Assembly: GCF_001194135.2 (NCBI RefSeq)
Contig: NC_068987.1
Coordinates: 84,526,512 to 84,590,511, forward strand
Origin: Octopus bimaculoides
Taxonomy: Eukaryota
Length of the DNA stretch: 64,000 nt
Reading direction: 5' to 3'
The notes under the pieces were generated by a model. That model did no database searches, was not told where the DNA came from, and was given only the letters and a program-made list of their open reading frames with translations. The position numbers were made by a program, and so were the translations under genes. Shown one piece after another: positions 34,780-46,346 of this stretch (its first letter is position 1; every line of letters starts with the position of its first letter).

Positions 34780-35700
34780 TAATATATTGACTAAAGGTGT
34801 ATATACCTCGAGATAGAAAACAATATAACACTAAGTAAAGTTATTGTCTCTGTGACAAATACATCATCCTTCACATAGAAGGTTACGCCATTGCTATCCA
34901 GGAAAAGACTTCAGTTACTAAATATCTGTTATCAAGAAAGATAAGGATGCTTCTAATCCTCCAGGTTGCGACAGAAAATGTCGATTGTGTCATCCTCCTT
35001 GAAAATGTCCACTTCCTTCACATGATTAGTGGCATTATCTTAACAAAAAGAAAAAAAAAGAATTAGAATGCTGTTCTATATTTAAGAGATGAGGAATTAT
35101 GTACATTATTTACATTATTTACATTATTTACAATTGACGGGTACTTGTCCTCATTTTGTTTGTTGTTAACACATTTCGGCTGATATACCCTCCAGTCTTT
35201 TTCAGATGTCTAGGGGAAATTTCAAACCTGAGAACCCAGCTTCAAAATTTCCGCAAGACACCTGATGAAGGTTGGAGGGTATTTCAGCCAGAACGTATTA
35301 ACAACAAACAAGATGAGGACAAATATCTGTCAATTGTAAATAATGTAAATAATTAGAATGCCGTCCACAAGAAGGATTATTCTGATGGACAAATACAACT
35401 CTCATGTTCTCAGCGAGCGAAAATCATATAAAGATCCAGTTATCAACTGCCTGAAAAACATGAAAACCACCCACAAAAAGCTGCTATAGTGAGGCGACAC
35501 GTTTAATTTTGGCAGCTGAGAGAAATCGTTCTAGGTTGCAATAGATTCCTAAAACAAGAAACATGATCAACCTAGTAGATCAAGTCGAGTTTTATCCTGC
35601 TTTGAGTGAAGAGTAACAGGGAAGAAATAGTAACTATAATCTTATAAGCCTCTTGTTTCATTTAAACTAGAAGTTTACAAAAGTATTGATACATCTCGTT
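34780..35700 (+). mobile_element. highly decayed R4/Dong-type non-LTR retrotransposon C-terminal region (CCHC + RLE), interrupted by family-1 copy B
   Basis: Across frameshifts: DKYIILHIEGYAIAIQEKTSVTKYLL / DKDASNPPGCDRKCRLCH / LHMISG, matching the EGY..AIQEQ…TKYL…CRLC…H.IS.C pattern. Weaker NAVHKKD and VEF.PA…NY similarity follows the insertion. Boundaries approximate. Confidence 0.55.
35072..35350 (-). mobile_element. family-1 element, copy B: truncated, with inverted terminal repeat and 11-bp TSD
   Basis: Minus-strand segment 35072-35230 is joined to plus-strand segment 35231-35350. AATTAGAATGC occurs at 35061-35071 and 35351-35361. Both hammerheads are mutated. Confidence 0.85.
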
Positions 35701-36819
35701 GATCAACAACGAAATGAGCAAGTAACGTTTCGACAGACATCGTATATTCAGTCTAACGGCTTCCAGAATTAGCGAAATATTACAAGCTTCCTCTTAATAT
35801 CGTCTTAGGTTGCAAAAACGTATTTGATAACACCGTGGGGAATACTATGCTGAAGTCCCTGGAAATCCAAGAAGTCGATTGAAAAATCTCTTAAGGAAAG
35901 GATCTTGTGTTATACAAATGATACAATTCCGTTGTCGCCAACCAATAAGATTTCCAATCAAGAAGGGAGTCGAAGAAGAAGATACTATGACTCGAAATCT
36001 AGCCCCGACTTCAGTCGAAAGTGACAGTAGAGATATTGACTGGAAAGATGATGAAAACCCCAACAGTGAGCTACTAACGCGTCTATAGTTATCAAACAAT
36101 ATCATGTACATCACAGAAACCTCAGATCAATAGGGAAAGATGCTCATAGACGAGAAAACTTCAGTTCACAAGTGAAACTCAAAATAAACTTGGCAATAAA
36201 CCCTTCTGAAGTTTTGCGGCTGCTTCACTTGCATCGAATCTCGTCAAGATATGTGGCTACTATGCACTTTGTTTGGCTCCACAATATGTTCTCCAAACAA
36301 GAAATTCATAAACTAAATTATAGGCATTAGTCTTGAGAACCCCTTCATGATGATTAGACATCGGCTAAAGCTACCATTTTTTATAGTATTTATACCGTAA
36401 AACGGCTCAACCTAATAATCTTTACAAAATAATACATACACACACACACACATACACACACACACACACACATATACATACATATCTGTGTGTGCGTATG
36501 TATAGGTCATTCTTAAAGAGTACTGAAAACAGTGAATTCGAAATTTCGGCCTCTTAAGACATCGTCGGGCTGCCGATGATGTCTTCAGTGGTCGATTACT
36601 TCGAAGCCACTGTTAACAATATTCTTCTTTACGAAAAAGCTTGTTCTCTACAAGTGTTGAGTAATCCCTCATATTACTGCGAAATTATTTTCATTATAAC
36701 TAAACACAAGAAAGCACTATCATATTTCTGTCTCTATCTCTGTCTGTCTCTATCTCTGTCTGTCTCGCTCTCTCTCTCTCTCTCACTATATATATATATA
36801 TATATATAATATACATATA

Positions 36820-36982
36820 AGCGCTAGAGTGGCTGTGTGGTAAGAAGTTTGCTTATCAACGACTTGGTTCCGTGTTCAGTTCCACTCCGTGGCACCCTGA
36901 GCAAGTCACTTCTACAACAGCCTCGGGCCAACCAAAACCTTGTGAGTGGATATGGTAGACAGAAACTGAAAGAAGTCCGTCG

Positions 36983-37019
<37 letters not shown>

Positions 37020-37250
37020 GTATATGTGTGTGTATATGTTTGTGTGTCTATGTTTGTTCCCCCGACATCACCTGTCAACCGATTCTGGTGTGATTACGTC
37101 CCCGTAACTTAGCAGTTCGACAAAAGAAAAGGATAGAATAAGTACTAGGCTTACAAAGAATAAGACCTGGGGTCGATTTGTTCGACTAAAAGCGGTGCCC
37201 CAGCATCGCCGCGCTCCAATGGCTGAAATAAGGAAAAGAAATAAAAGAAA
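36820..37250 (+). mobile_element. family B composite SINE
   Basis: GAGTGGCTGTGTGGTAAGAAG head, (TA)n middle, and 3' module GGGGTCGATTTGTTCGACTAAAAGCGGTG. Confidence 0.92.
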
Positions 37251-37992
37251 TATAGATTATTTATCAATACACACACACACATATAATATATATACATATA
37301 TATACATGTGTGTGTTTACGTACATATGTCCCCTTGAATGAGAATCTAAAGCACACACATTCGAATGTGACTTCGGCATCGTTGCCTAAAACATTGCTCA
37401 CACTACATATTATTATAACTATTTCAGAACATTAGTCCGTATCAGAAATACAAATGCATTGAAATAAAAACCTGATACCTGAACTAAACATAATAATAAT
37501 AATAACAATAACAACAACAACAACAATAATAATAATAAAAACGAATAAAATTTTCCAGAATATAATTCAATGAGTCATTTTGACAGCACATGCTATTTTA
37601 GCCGAGTAATGAGTCAGGTGTCAGACACAAAAGCTGCTTTGTTGATGAAGAGGGTTTATTGTGGCAATGAAACAATTTATTGGTGATTTAGTCGCTCATT
37701 TCAAGAGTGTAGGAGAGAGATAGATCGTAGGAGATGATATATTTTAACACACATATACACTTATATTGTACAACAAAACGATACAATCACTTGGAAATTC
37801 ATATATATTAGTATTTTTTATTGATGATTTATTTTACTGAAGTAAATATAATTTAATAAATGTTTAGTAAGGTGTTTTGTTAATAGTATATAATATATAG
37901 AGTGGAAACCGCTTATTGTAATCAATTTGGAACAGAAGCATTACATTCGATTAATAATGTCCGGCTGAAAACATTATACAAAATATATAACA

Positions 37993-38177
37993 CAGTTCTA
38001 TATTTAAGAGATGAGGAATTATGTACGTTATTTACGTTATTTACATTTGACGATATTTGTCCTCATTTTGTTTGTTGTTAACACAACGTTTCGGCTGGTA
38101 TACCCTCCAGCTTTCATCAGGTGTCTTGGGGATATTTCGAACGTGGGTTCTCATTCCTAAGGTATTTTTCGATGTTG

Positions 38178-38227
<50 letters not shown>

Positions 38228-38404
38228 ATCACTGCCTGGAGTCGGACTCGGAATCTTGATGTTAGTAACTCGTGCTCTTAACCACTACGCCATATGCCCC
38301 AACACTCCTGATGAAGGCTGGAGGGGATATCAGCGGAAACGTTGTGTTAACAGCAAACAAGATGAAGACGAATATCTGTCAAATGTAAATAATATAAATA
38401 ATGT
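37993..38404 (-). mobile_element. family-1 element, copy C: complete head-to-tail unit plus inverted partial terminal repeat, 13-bp TSD
   Basis: Minus-strand unit 37993-38299 (tRNA head ends at …CATATGCCC), then inverted plus-strand repeat 38300-38404. AAAATATATAACA occurs at 37980-37992 and 38405-38417. Hammerhead motifs at 38080-38125(-) and 38301-38348(+). Confidence 0.88.
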
Positions 38405-38426
38405 AAAATATATAACAATATTCAGA

Positions 38427-39060
38427 AGGCGGCGAGCTAGTAGAATCGTTAGCGCGTCAGACGAAATATTAGCGATCCTTTACCTGTCGCTAGTTCTGAG
38501 CTTAAATTCCGCCGAGGTCGACTTTGCCTTTCGGGGTCGATAAATCAAGTACCCTTGAAAGAGTGGGGTCGACGTAATCAATTATCCTCCTCCTCCCCCA
38601 TAATTTCAGGCCTTGTGCCTATAGTGGGAAGCGTTATTTAAGGTAGCGAGCTGGCAGAAACGTTAACACGCCGGGCAAAATGCTTAGCGGTATTTCGTCA
38701 GTCTTTATGTTCTGAGTTCAAATTCCGCCGAAGTCGACATTGCCTTTCATCCTTACAAGGTCGATTAAATAAGTACCAGTTACGCACTGGAGTCGATATA
38801 ATAGACTTAATCTGTTTGTCTGTCCCTTCTGCCTGTAGCCCCTTGTGGGTAGTAAAGAAATAAGAAACGTTAACACGCCGGGCGAAATGCTTAGCGGTAT
38901 TTCATCAGTCTTTATATTCTGAGTTCAAATTCCGCCGAGGTCGACTTTGCCTTTCATCCTTACGGGGTGGATAAATTAAGTACCAGTTGCGTACTGGCGT
39001 CGATCTAATCGACTGACCTCCTTCCTCCAAATTTCAGGCATTGTGCCTAGAGTAGAAAAG
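38427..39060 (+). mobile_element. family A SINE trimer (monomer + dimer)
   Basis: Heads at 38427 and 38641; dimer junction AAAGAAATAAGAAACGTTAACACGCC at about 38855-38880. Confidence 0.92.
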
Positions 39061-39789
39061 TATATAACAATAACCAGAGCATTTTAATGCAATGAGTTGA
39101 CNNNNNNNNNNNNNNNNNNNNNNNNNNNNNNNNNNNNNNNNNNNNNNNNNNNNNNNNNNNNNNNNNNNNNNNNNNNNNNNNNNNNNNNNNNNNNNNNNNN
39201 NNNNNNNNNNNNNNNNNNNNNNNNNNNNNNNNNNNNNNNNNNNNNNNNNNNNNNNNNNNNNNNNNNNNNNNNNNNNNNNNNNNNNNNNNNNNNNNNNNNN
39301 NNNNNNNNNNNNNNNNNNNNNNNNNNNNNNNNNNNNNNNNNNNNNNNNNNNNNNNNNNNNNNNNNNNNNNNNNNNNNNNNNNNNNNNNNNNNNNNNNNNN
39401 NNNNNNNNNNNNNNNNNNNNNNNNNNNNNNNNNNNNNNNNNNNNNNNNNNNNNNNNNNNNNNNNNNNNNNNNNNNNNNNNNNNNNNNNNNNNNNNNNNNN
39501 NNNNNNNNNNNNNNNNNNNNNNNNNNNNNNNNNNNNNNNNNNNNNNNNNNNNNNNNNNNNNNNNNNNNNNNNNNNNNNNNNNNNNNNNNNNNNNNNNNNN
39601 NNNNNNNNNNNNNNNNNNNNNNNNNNNNNNNNNNNNNNNNNNNNNNNNNNNNNNNNNTATATATATATATATATATATATATGCCGATTGGCATAATTAA
39701 TGTCCCTTTCAGAAGTGTTTTTTTAAGATTTGTATTTCTTTACTCTGTTTTCCTATCAGCAAATATTTGTTTATTATGGAACTAGATTA

Positions 39790-39995
39790 AGGCAGAATCC
39801 TCAGCACGTCGGATCATATTCTTCACAGCATTTCGTCCGTCTTCATGCGCTGAGCTCAAATTCAGCCGAGGTTGACCTTGCGTTTTATAATTTCTGGGTC
39901 GATGAAATAAGTACCACGGAAGCACTAGTGTCGATGTAACTGACTTACTCCAACCCTTAAATTGCTGGCCTCTTGCCTATAATAGAAACGATTAT
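39790..39995 (+). mobile_element. degenerate family A SINE
   Basis: CTGAGCTCAAATTCAGCCGAGGTTGACC…GGGTCGATGAAATAAGTACC. Confidence 0.8.
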
Positions 39996-40244
39996 TAAAC
40001 CAGGTTTAAACTAATAACCTTAAATTGATCCATCCACGCACGCACACACACACACACACATAATACACGTGTGTGTATATATATACGTATAAACGTATAT
40101 ATATACATGAATGTATGTATGTATATATATGTGTGTGTGTGTGTGTGTGTATGTGTGTGTCACTTAAAAAAATTCCCTTTCTATATAGCATAGACCCATG
40201 TCGACTTTTCTATGGTGCTCTTCGCTCTGGTTTGCCTTTTCTTG

Positions 40245-40362
40245 TACTTCATTTTTTGTAAAGTCATGTATTTATTCAATTGGTCTCTTATGCCGAACGG
40301 TTAATTTCGCAGGGATGTAGACACACTAACACCGGTTGTCAAGAAAAATCACAAGCAAAGAT

Positions 40363-40395
<33 letters not shown>

Positions 40396-40525
40396 ACGGG
40401 CTTCTTTCAGATTACGTATATCAAATCCACTCGACCCGGGGCTAAAGTACAATGCACTTACAGAAATTTCCATGCAGTAGGGCTGAACCTGGAACCATGC
40501 AGTTTGGAAGTAAACTTATTACCAT
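40245..40525 (-). mobile_element. degenerate family B SINE
   Basis: GGTCTCTTATGCCGAAC…ACACCGGTTGTCAAG…(CA)n…ACGACGGGCTTCTTTCAG. Confidence 0.8.
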
Positions 40526-40860
40526 AATGACCCGCAGAGCAGAATTCTTTTCAAGTATACTTGATTCTGTGGAGTTGTTTTAAACTTTCAAAAGAGCAGT
40601 CAATGGCGTCTTGACACCATTTTGTCTGCAATGAAAACATTTCTCCATGACAAACTACAGTGAATAACCTTTCTTCAGGTTCAAATATTTCTCACATATA
40701 TTTGAAATGGTAACAAGTTTATATTAATCTTAATCACTGCTTAGGGCTTCTAATCCGTGTTTCAGAAGACTTTGATAAGCCCCAAACTACTTTTCAGTCG
40801 TCTAGCTCAATTTTTACTTTGATTTGTTTGAAATATCAGCCAATGAAACGCTGCCTTTTC

Positions 40861-41603
40861 ATGTTATTTAGTATCGGGCAATTGTTACTGTCTGGTTATT
40901 CGTAGCCATCAGCGCAGTGAATATTGAGGACATTTTACAGAACCAAGCCACTAAATATGTATTTTGATGTTATTTAGTATCGGGCAATAGTTACTGTGTG
41001 GTTACTCGTAGCCATTAGCGCAGTAAATTTTGAGGACATTTTACAGAACCAAGCCACTCTTTTACTCTTTTACTCTTTTACTTGTTTCAGTCATTGGACT
41101 GTGGCCATGCTGGAGCACCGCCTTTTAGTCGAACAAATCGACCCCAGGACGTATTCTTTGCAAGCCTAGTACTTATTCTATCGGTCTCTTTTGCCTAACC
41201 GCTAAGTTACGGGGAGGTAAACACTCAAGCATCGGTTATCAAGCGATGTTGGGGGGATACAGACACACACACATACACATATATACACACACACATATAT
41301 ATATATATACATATATACGACGGGCTTCTTTCAGTTTCCGTCTACCAAATCCACTCAGAAGGCTTTGGTCGGCCCGAGGCTATAGTAGAAGACACTTGCC
41401 CAAGGTGCCACGCAGTGGGACTGAACCCAGAACCATGTGGTTGGTAAGCAAGCTACTTACCACACAGCCACTCCTACGCCACTAAATATGTATTTTGATG
41501 TTATTTAGTATCGGGCAATTGTTACTGTCTGGTTATTCGTAGCCATCAGCGCAGTAAAATTTAAGGATATTTTACGGAACCAAGTCACTAAATATATATT
41601 TTA
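40861..41603. repeat. 106-bp minisatellite, 3 copies, with a SINE inserted in copy 2
   Basis: Units start at 40861, 40967 and 41498 (ATGTTATTTAGTATCGGGCAAT…). Confidence 0.93.
41059..41480 (-). mobile_element. family B composite SINE, well preserved
   Basis: Complete structure. GCCACT occurs at 41053-41058 and 41478-41483, a probable TSD. Confidence 0.95.
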
Positions 41604-42163
41604 ACAAATTTACTTTGATTTGATTGGAAACGACATGATGTGTTACATAATTTTTTGGGAGCATAGTGATGAGTCTAAGGGAGTGATGAAATTTCATCCA
41701 CTACTGGAACTCATGTAATTACAGGGCTCTTTGATCAGACACAACATGACGCTAAACTCTAATCCTTGTAATTTGAATAAAAAGTGTAAGGCTTTACTCG
41801 CCATATGATACGCAGCAAAAACTTTCAGTTGATATCCGACATACCATTGTATGGATATCCTTCAATATATGTAATTAGAAAAAACGTGAAGTAAACAATA
41901 ATTGTTCACCAAAATTTTGAATGTGCTTTAATTAGATTAACAGCTTAAAAACTGAGATTCTTATTATGATTATTTGGAAATTTCAAGTTGTTCGACATTT
42001 GTATAGATTCCATTTGAGTTTCTGTATTGATATCTTGAAATGAATATTTTTTAATATTTCAAGAAAACAGTTTTAGGAAATGCATACACAAATTATTATA
42101 CACGAATAATAGTGTATAATTTCGAAGTTGAGTCTATAATTATATTTTCAGAAATCTTCAGAG

Positions 42164-42669
42164 TAGGGGTGGGGAAACTTTTTAGAGTGGCAGACAAATA
42201 ATTCCAACGAAAATGGTCCGCGGGCAGATCACAAGTTCTCACTTTAATATCTCTGTTAATCATGTACATATCAATGTATAATTCGATATACATTAATAAA
42301 GATTAGCTTAAGACAATAAATTAACGCATAACATCTTCATTAGCGCCGCCATTGAATTTAGGACGTTCATATTACTTATGAGGTATTCTATATTTTTCAG
42401 CTGCAGTGTAGTTGGGTCTCAAGGGAGTGGTACACACCTAGAAATAGGTGTTTTAGAGTGAAAACAAAATTTCCATTCAAATGGCAATCACTGGATGATT
42501 TTCTGTTTGAGTCTAACTGTTTCAAGTCGTAAAGGGGAAACGTGTCTGTTGCAAATACGCATACGAATATTGTATAAATTTAATGATTGAATATTTACTA
42601 TATTTTGTACATATGAGTATACCAGCCTGCGGGCGCATTAAAATAGGGGCGAGGGTTTCCTCACCCCTG
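42164..42669. mobile_element. hAT-superfamily MITE (non-autonomous DNA transposon)
   Basis: TIRs TAGGGGTGGGGAAAC and reverse complement CAGGGGTGAGGAAAC (13/15). 8-bp TSD CTTCAGAG (42156-42163) and TTTCAGAG (42670-42677). Subterminal CCGCGGGC/CCTGCGGGC motifs. Confidence 0.88.
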
Positions 42670-43023
42670 TTTCAGAGCTTAAATTACATTGAGCCAGCTT
42701 AAGCATAAGACCTATGGTAAATAACAAAATAACTGCACAGAGTATAAATGGAATACATAGCTATGTGTGTGAATGCGCATGCGCGGTCACGTACATGTGG
42801 TATGTTTATGCATGTTTGTGTTTCTTTTGATCAGTGACATGCAGAGGGAACGCCATAGTTACAGATAGCGATATCAGCACTACAGAAAATATTTACATAC
42901 CTCATATACTTTAAGTAATTTGCCACTTGTTTGTGAAATCAAACCTCTCTCTTCCTCTCCCCCTCTCCCTCCTTCCCATCTATCCCCTCCTACTCTTTCC
43001 CTTTCCCCTTCTTCCCCATTCCC

Positions 43024-43075
<52 letters not shown>

Positions 43076-43641
43076 ATGTGACTTTTTCATTATCCAGAGC
43101 GTCAAACTAATGCACTTGCTTGTTGTTCATGCATTAATATTCCTTTACGTGTTCATTTACATAAAAAAACAATTTTACATTCATCTAACAGATTTATCAT
43201 TCTTAAACAAGAGTGACTTCGGCCACCTAAGCCATTGTCGACAGGTCGACGAGGTATGTACTCAGATCTTCACGCGTACTCAGAGCCACATACTCACACT
43301 TACACAAAAAATACCCTGTTAGTTAAAATAAGTATGTTTAGTATATCTTAGACTGATTGCCTCTGTCGGTTAGAAGGATTTAGAAAGTCGTACAACACAA
43401 TTTGCATTGCATTTTACATAACCGTCCAAATTGATTTTATAATATTTTTTGTATAATATGCAATATCGATTGTTGAAAATATACAACTAGATTGTAGGTA
43501 ATGTTAGGAATTCGTTCTCTCATTGAAACCGCCGCTTACATTTCTTTTTGAAGTTTGGGAAATCCTTTATAACTATATTTTAGTTCTAAACAGGTTCTGA
43601 CAGCTTTCCTTCAAACAGCGCCTTTGGAGTGAACACACACC

Positions 43642-43688
<47 letters not shown>

Positions 43689-44149
43689 NNNNNNNNNNAC
43701 ACACACACACACACACACAAACATACACACTTTCTCTCTCTTTCTCTCTCTTTCTCTCTCTTTCTCTCTCTCCCTTTATACATATATATATATATATGTA
43801 TGTATGTATGGATGGATGAATGGATGAATGGATGCCTTAATAATAGTAATGGTAAGACAACAAAAGAATGATAGAGACCTCAATATTATGTAAAAAGAGG
43901 AATTTATCTGTAATATGTGACAATTATTCGGTTGCCATAACATTAGTTTTGGGGTATTTGCTCTTTGTCGATGTGGAATATCCGCTCCTGCTGGATTCGG
44001 CTATTCCACATTGATAAGGGGCAAATACCCCGAAACTAGTCTTATTATGCAACCGAATAATTGTCACATATTATATTACAGATATGTATGTAATATGAAT
44101 GTATGCATGTATGTATGTATGTATGTATGTATATACATGTATATATTCG

Positions 44150-44420
44150 ACACATGGGGATTCCACAAATTCTTACTGAACAATCAGCTCTTCTGATTCG
44201 TTTACTATGATCAAATATTTCTGCTGCTCATTAGCACACTCATTGCATCAAATTGTACACATGCACGGTCTGCCACATGTTGCATGTAGAGGTGATCGCA
44301 GACAAACGTGAAATGAAGAGTTTCGTTCACGAACACAATGCGTCGTCCTTTGAGTGAATCAAAACCACAATCTTGCGATCTTGAGTACTACACCATAACG
44401 ACTAGGCCACGCAGCCTCAT
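44150..44420 (-). mobile_element. degenerate tRNA-derived SINE (CORE-like, related to family D)
   Basis: Minus-strand head GCTGCGTGGCCTAGTCGTTATGGTG…GGTTTTGATTC followed by ATTGTGTTCGTGAACGAAACTCTTCATTTCACGTT. Confidence 0.55.
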
Positions 44421-44469
44421 AAATTTGTTGACCATAATTCTCTGATGCAACAGCTATAGCAAAAATATT

Positions 44470-45095
44470 CTGCTCGGAACATGTGTGGTTAAGAAGCTTG
44501 CTTTCAACAACGTGATTTTAGTTTGAATAGCATTACGCGGTCCTGTGGGTGTCTCCTACTATAGCTCCGGACCGACCAATTCCTTCTGAGTGAACTCAGT
44601 AAACGGAAACTGTGTGGAAGCCAATCACACATACACACACAACACTCTCACGCACACATACATATGTGTATTATGTCTGAATGCGCGCGAGCGTCGTATA
44701 TATATATATGTGTGTGTGTATGTATGTATGTATGTATGTATGTATGTATCTACGTGTGTATGTATGTACGTGTATATTGCCTACGAATAGTAAAATTCCA
44801 CAGTCATATATAGCTAGCAATGCAAATGTTTTTTTTACNNNNNNNNNNTATATATATATATATATATATGTACATGTATGTCTGCATCTGTCTTTGTGAA
44901 TGCGTTTGTTTTCCCTCACCATTTGTCAACCAGTGTTGATTTTTTTCTCTTCCTGAAGCTTAGCGGTTCGGCAAAATATACGGATAGATTAAAAATAAGT
45001 ACTGGCATTAGTTTCCTTGAATACAAAAAAAAAAATCCAAGATGGCGCCCCCAGTACGGCCGCAGTCCAGTGAATGAAGCAATTAAAAGAAAAAG
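44470..45095 (+). mobile_element. degenerate family B SINE with expanded internal microsatellite
   Basis: Head remnants at 44470-44620, microsatellites and a gap in the middle, and a 3' module (CTTAGCGGTTCGGCAAAA…ATAAGTACT…CCCCAGTACGGCCGCAGTC) at about 44880-45095. Confidence 0.65.
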
Positions 45096-45306
45096 GCTCA
45101 AATATATATGAATCATTTAATATAGGCAGGTGGAAGCTCTGCGGTAGATGTAGTCGTTCTGCTAAGAAAATAAAGTAACAATTTTTTATATAAAATAAAG
45201 TCATTACATGGCTGGAATTTCTCCGTTTTACTTGGCTGAAAATTTATTTTCATCCCTTCAGATGTTGTATACACTTAGATTTCTCATCACAATCTTATCT
45301 TCTTTA

Positions 45307-45581
45307 CAGTTCTATATTTAAGAGATGAGAAATTATTTACGTTATTTACATTTGACGGATATTCGTCCTCATCTTGTTTGTTGTTAACACAACGTTACGG
45401 CTGATATACCCTCCAGCCTTCGTCAGATGTCTTGGGGAAATTTAAAACCTAGGTTCTCATTCCTATCGATGTTACTATTATTATTATTACTATTACTATT
45501 ATTAATCAGGTCGCTGCCGTGAATCGAACTCGGAACCTTGGGGTTAGTAGCCCACGCTCTTAACCACTACGCCATATGCCC
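45307..45581 (-). mobile_element. family-1 element, copy D
   Basis: Minus-strand head GGGCATATGGCGTAGTGGTTAAGAGCGTGGGCTACTAACCCCAAGGTTCCGAGTTCGATTC with intact A and B boxes. Then a short (AAT)n tract, a hammerhead at 45386-45431 (CUGACGA; GAAAC mutated to GUAAC), and the same 3' end TAGAACTG. Confidence 0.88.
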
Positions 45582-45761
45582 GTGGACAATTATGGGGTGA
45601 ATTTTAAGGCTTATAAATCTATTCTTTTTCTATCCTTCCTCAATACCGGTTCCCATATGCTATTCATATCTGCACTCGGTCTGCTTAGGAGGTTGTTGTG
45701 CTGCTTCTTATTTATCTTAAATTCACTCATCTTTTATCATTTACTTGTCGCATTTATTCAT

Positions 45762-46194
45762 TTCTACTCTATGCACAAGGCCCAAAATTTTGGAGAGCGG
45801 GACTGTGGATTAGATCGACTGCAGTACACAACTGGTACTTAATTTATCGACCCCGAGAGGACGAAATGCAAGGTCGACCTCGGCGGAATTTGAACTCAGA
45901 ACGTAAAGACAGACGAAATACCGCTAAGCATTTCACCCGGCGTACTAACGTTTCTGTAAACTCGCTGCCTTAAGACAAATGAATATTCTTTTCTGCTTTC
46001 GGCACAATGTCCTAAATTTTGGGGAAGGGGAAGTCGATTAGATTGACCCAGTACGCAACTGGTACTTAATTTATGTACCGCGAAAGGATGAAAGGGAAAG
46101 TTGGCCTCGGCTGAATTTGAACATAAAGACAGACGAAATACCGCTAAGCATTTCGTCCGGCGAACTAACGTTTCTGTCAGGCTCGCCGCTTTAA
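45762..46194 (-). mobile_element. family A SINE tandem pair
   Basis: Two successive minus-strand monomers, with heads at about 45970 and 46190. Confidence 0.9.
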
Positions 46195-46196
46195 AG

Positions 46197-46346
46197 ATCG
46201 GACGGCGCCCCGAGACGATGGGATCCTGGGGTCGCATTGTGCGTTCGAGGTTGCGATTATCACTGAGTCCTGCAATTCGCATCAGTTCACGCGGATAGCC
46301 ACGCTCTTCATCGGCGGATGACCAAAGTGATCCCCAGTCTCACTTA
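46197..46346 (-). pseudogene. 5.8S: dispersed 5.8S rRNA copy (near full length)
   Basis: Minus strand: GGATCACTTTGG…CGATGAAGAGCGTGGC…GCGAATTGCAGGAC…TCGAACGCA…GC-rich hairpin…GCCGTCCGA. All three conserved 5.8S motifs are present, in the right order and spacing. There is no flanking 18S or 28S sequence. Confidence 0.88.

Noticed and set aside
36540-36612. 13-bp hairpin AAGACATCGTCGG-GCTG-CCGATGATGTCTT with hammerhead-like fragments on both strands
   Set aside because: The core would be CCGAYGA, with mismatched stems II and III. It may be a decayed inverted PLE junction but cannot be supported.
43304-43315. Candidate minus-strand microexons (12 nt here; 15 nt near 55740)
   Set aside because: The AG…GTAAGT spacing is expected by chance in 64 kb of AT-rich DNA, and no host gene was identified.
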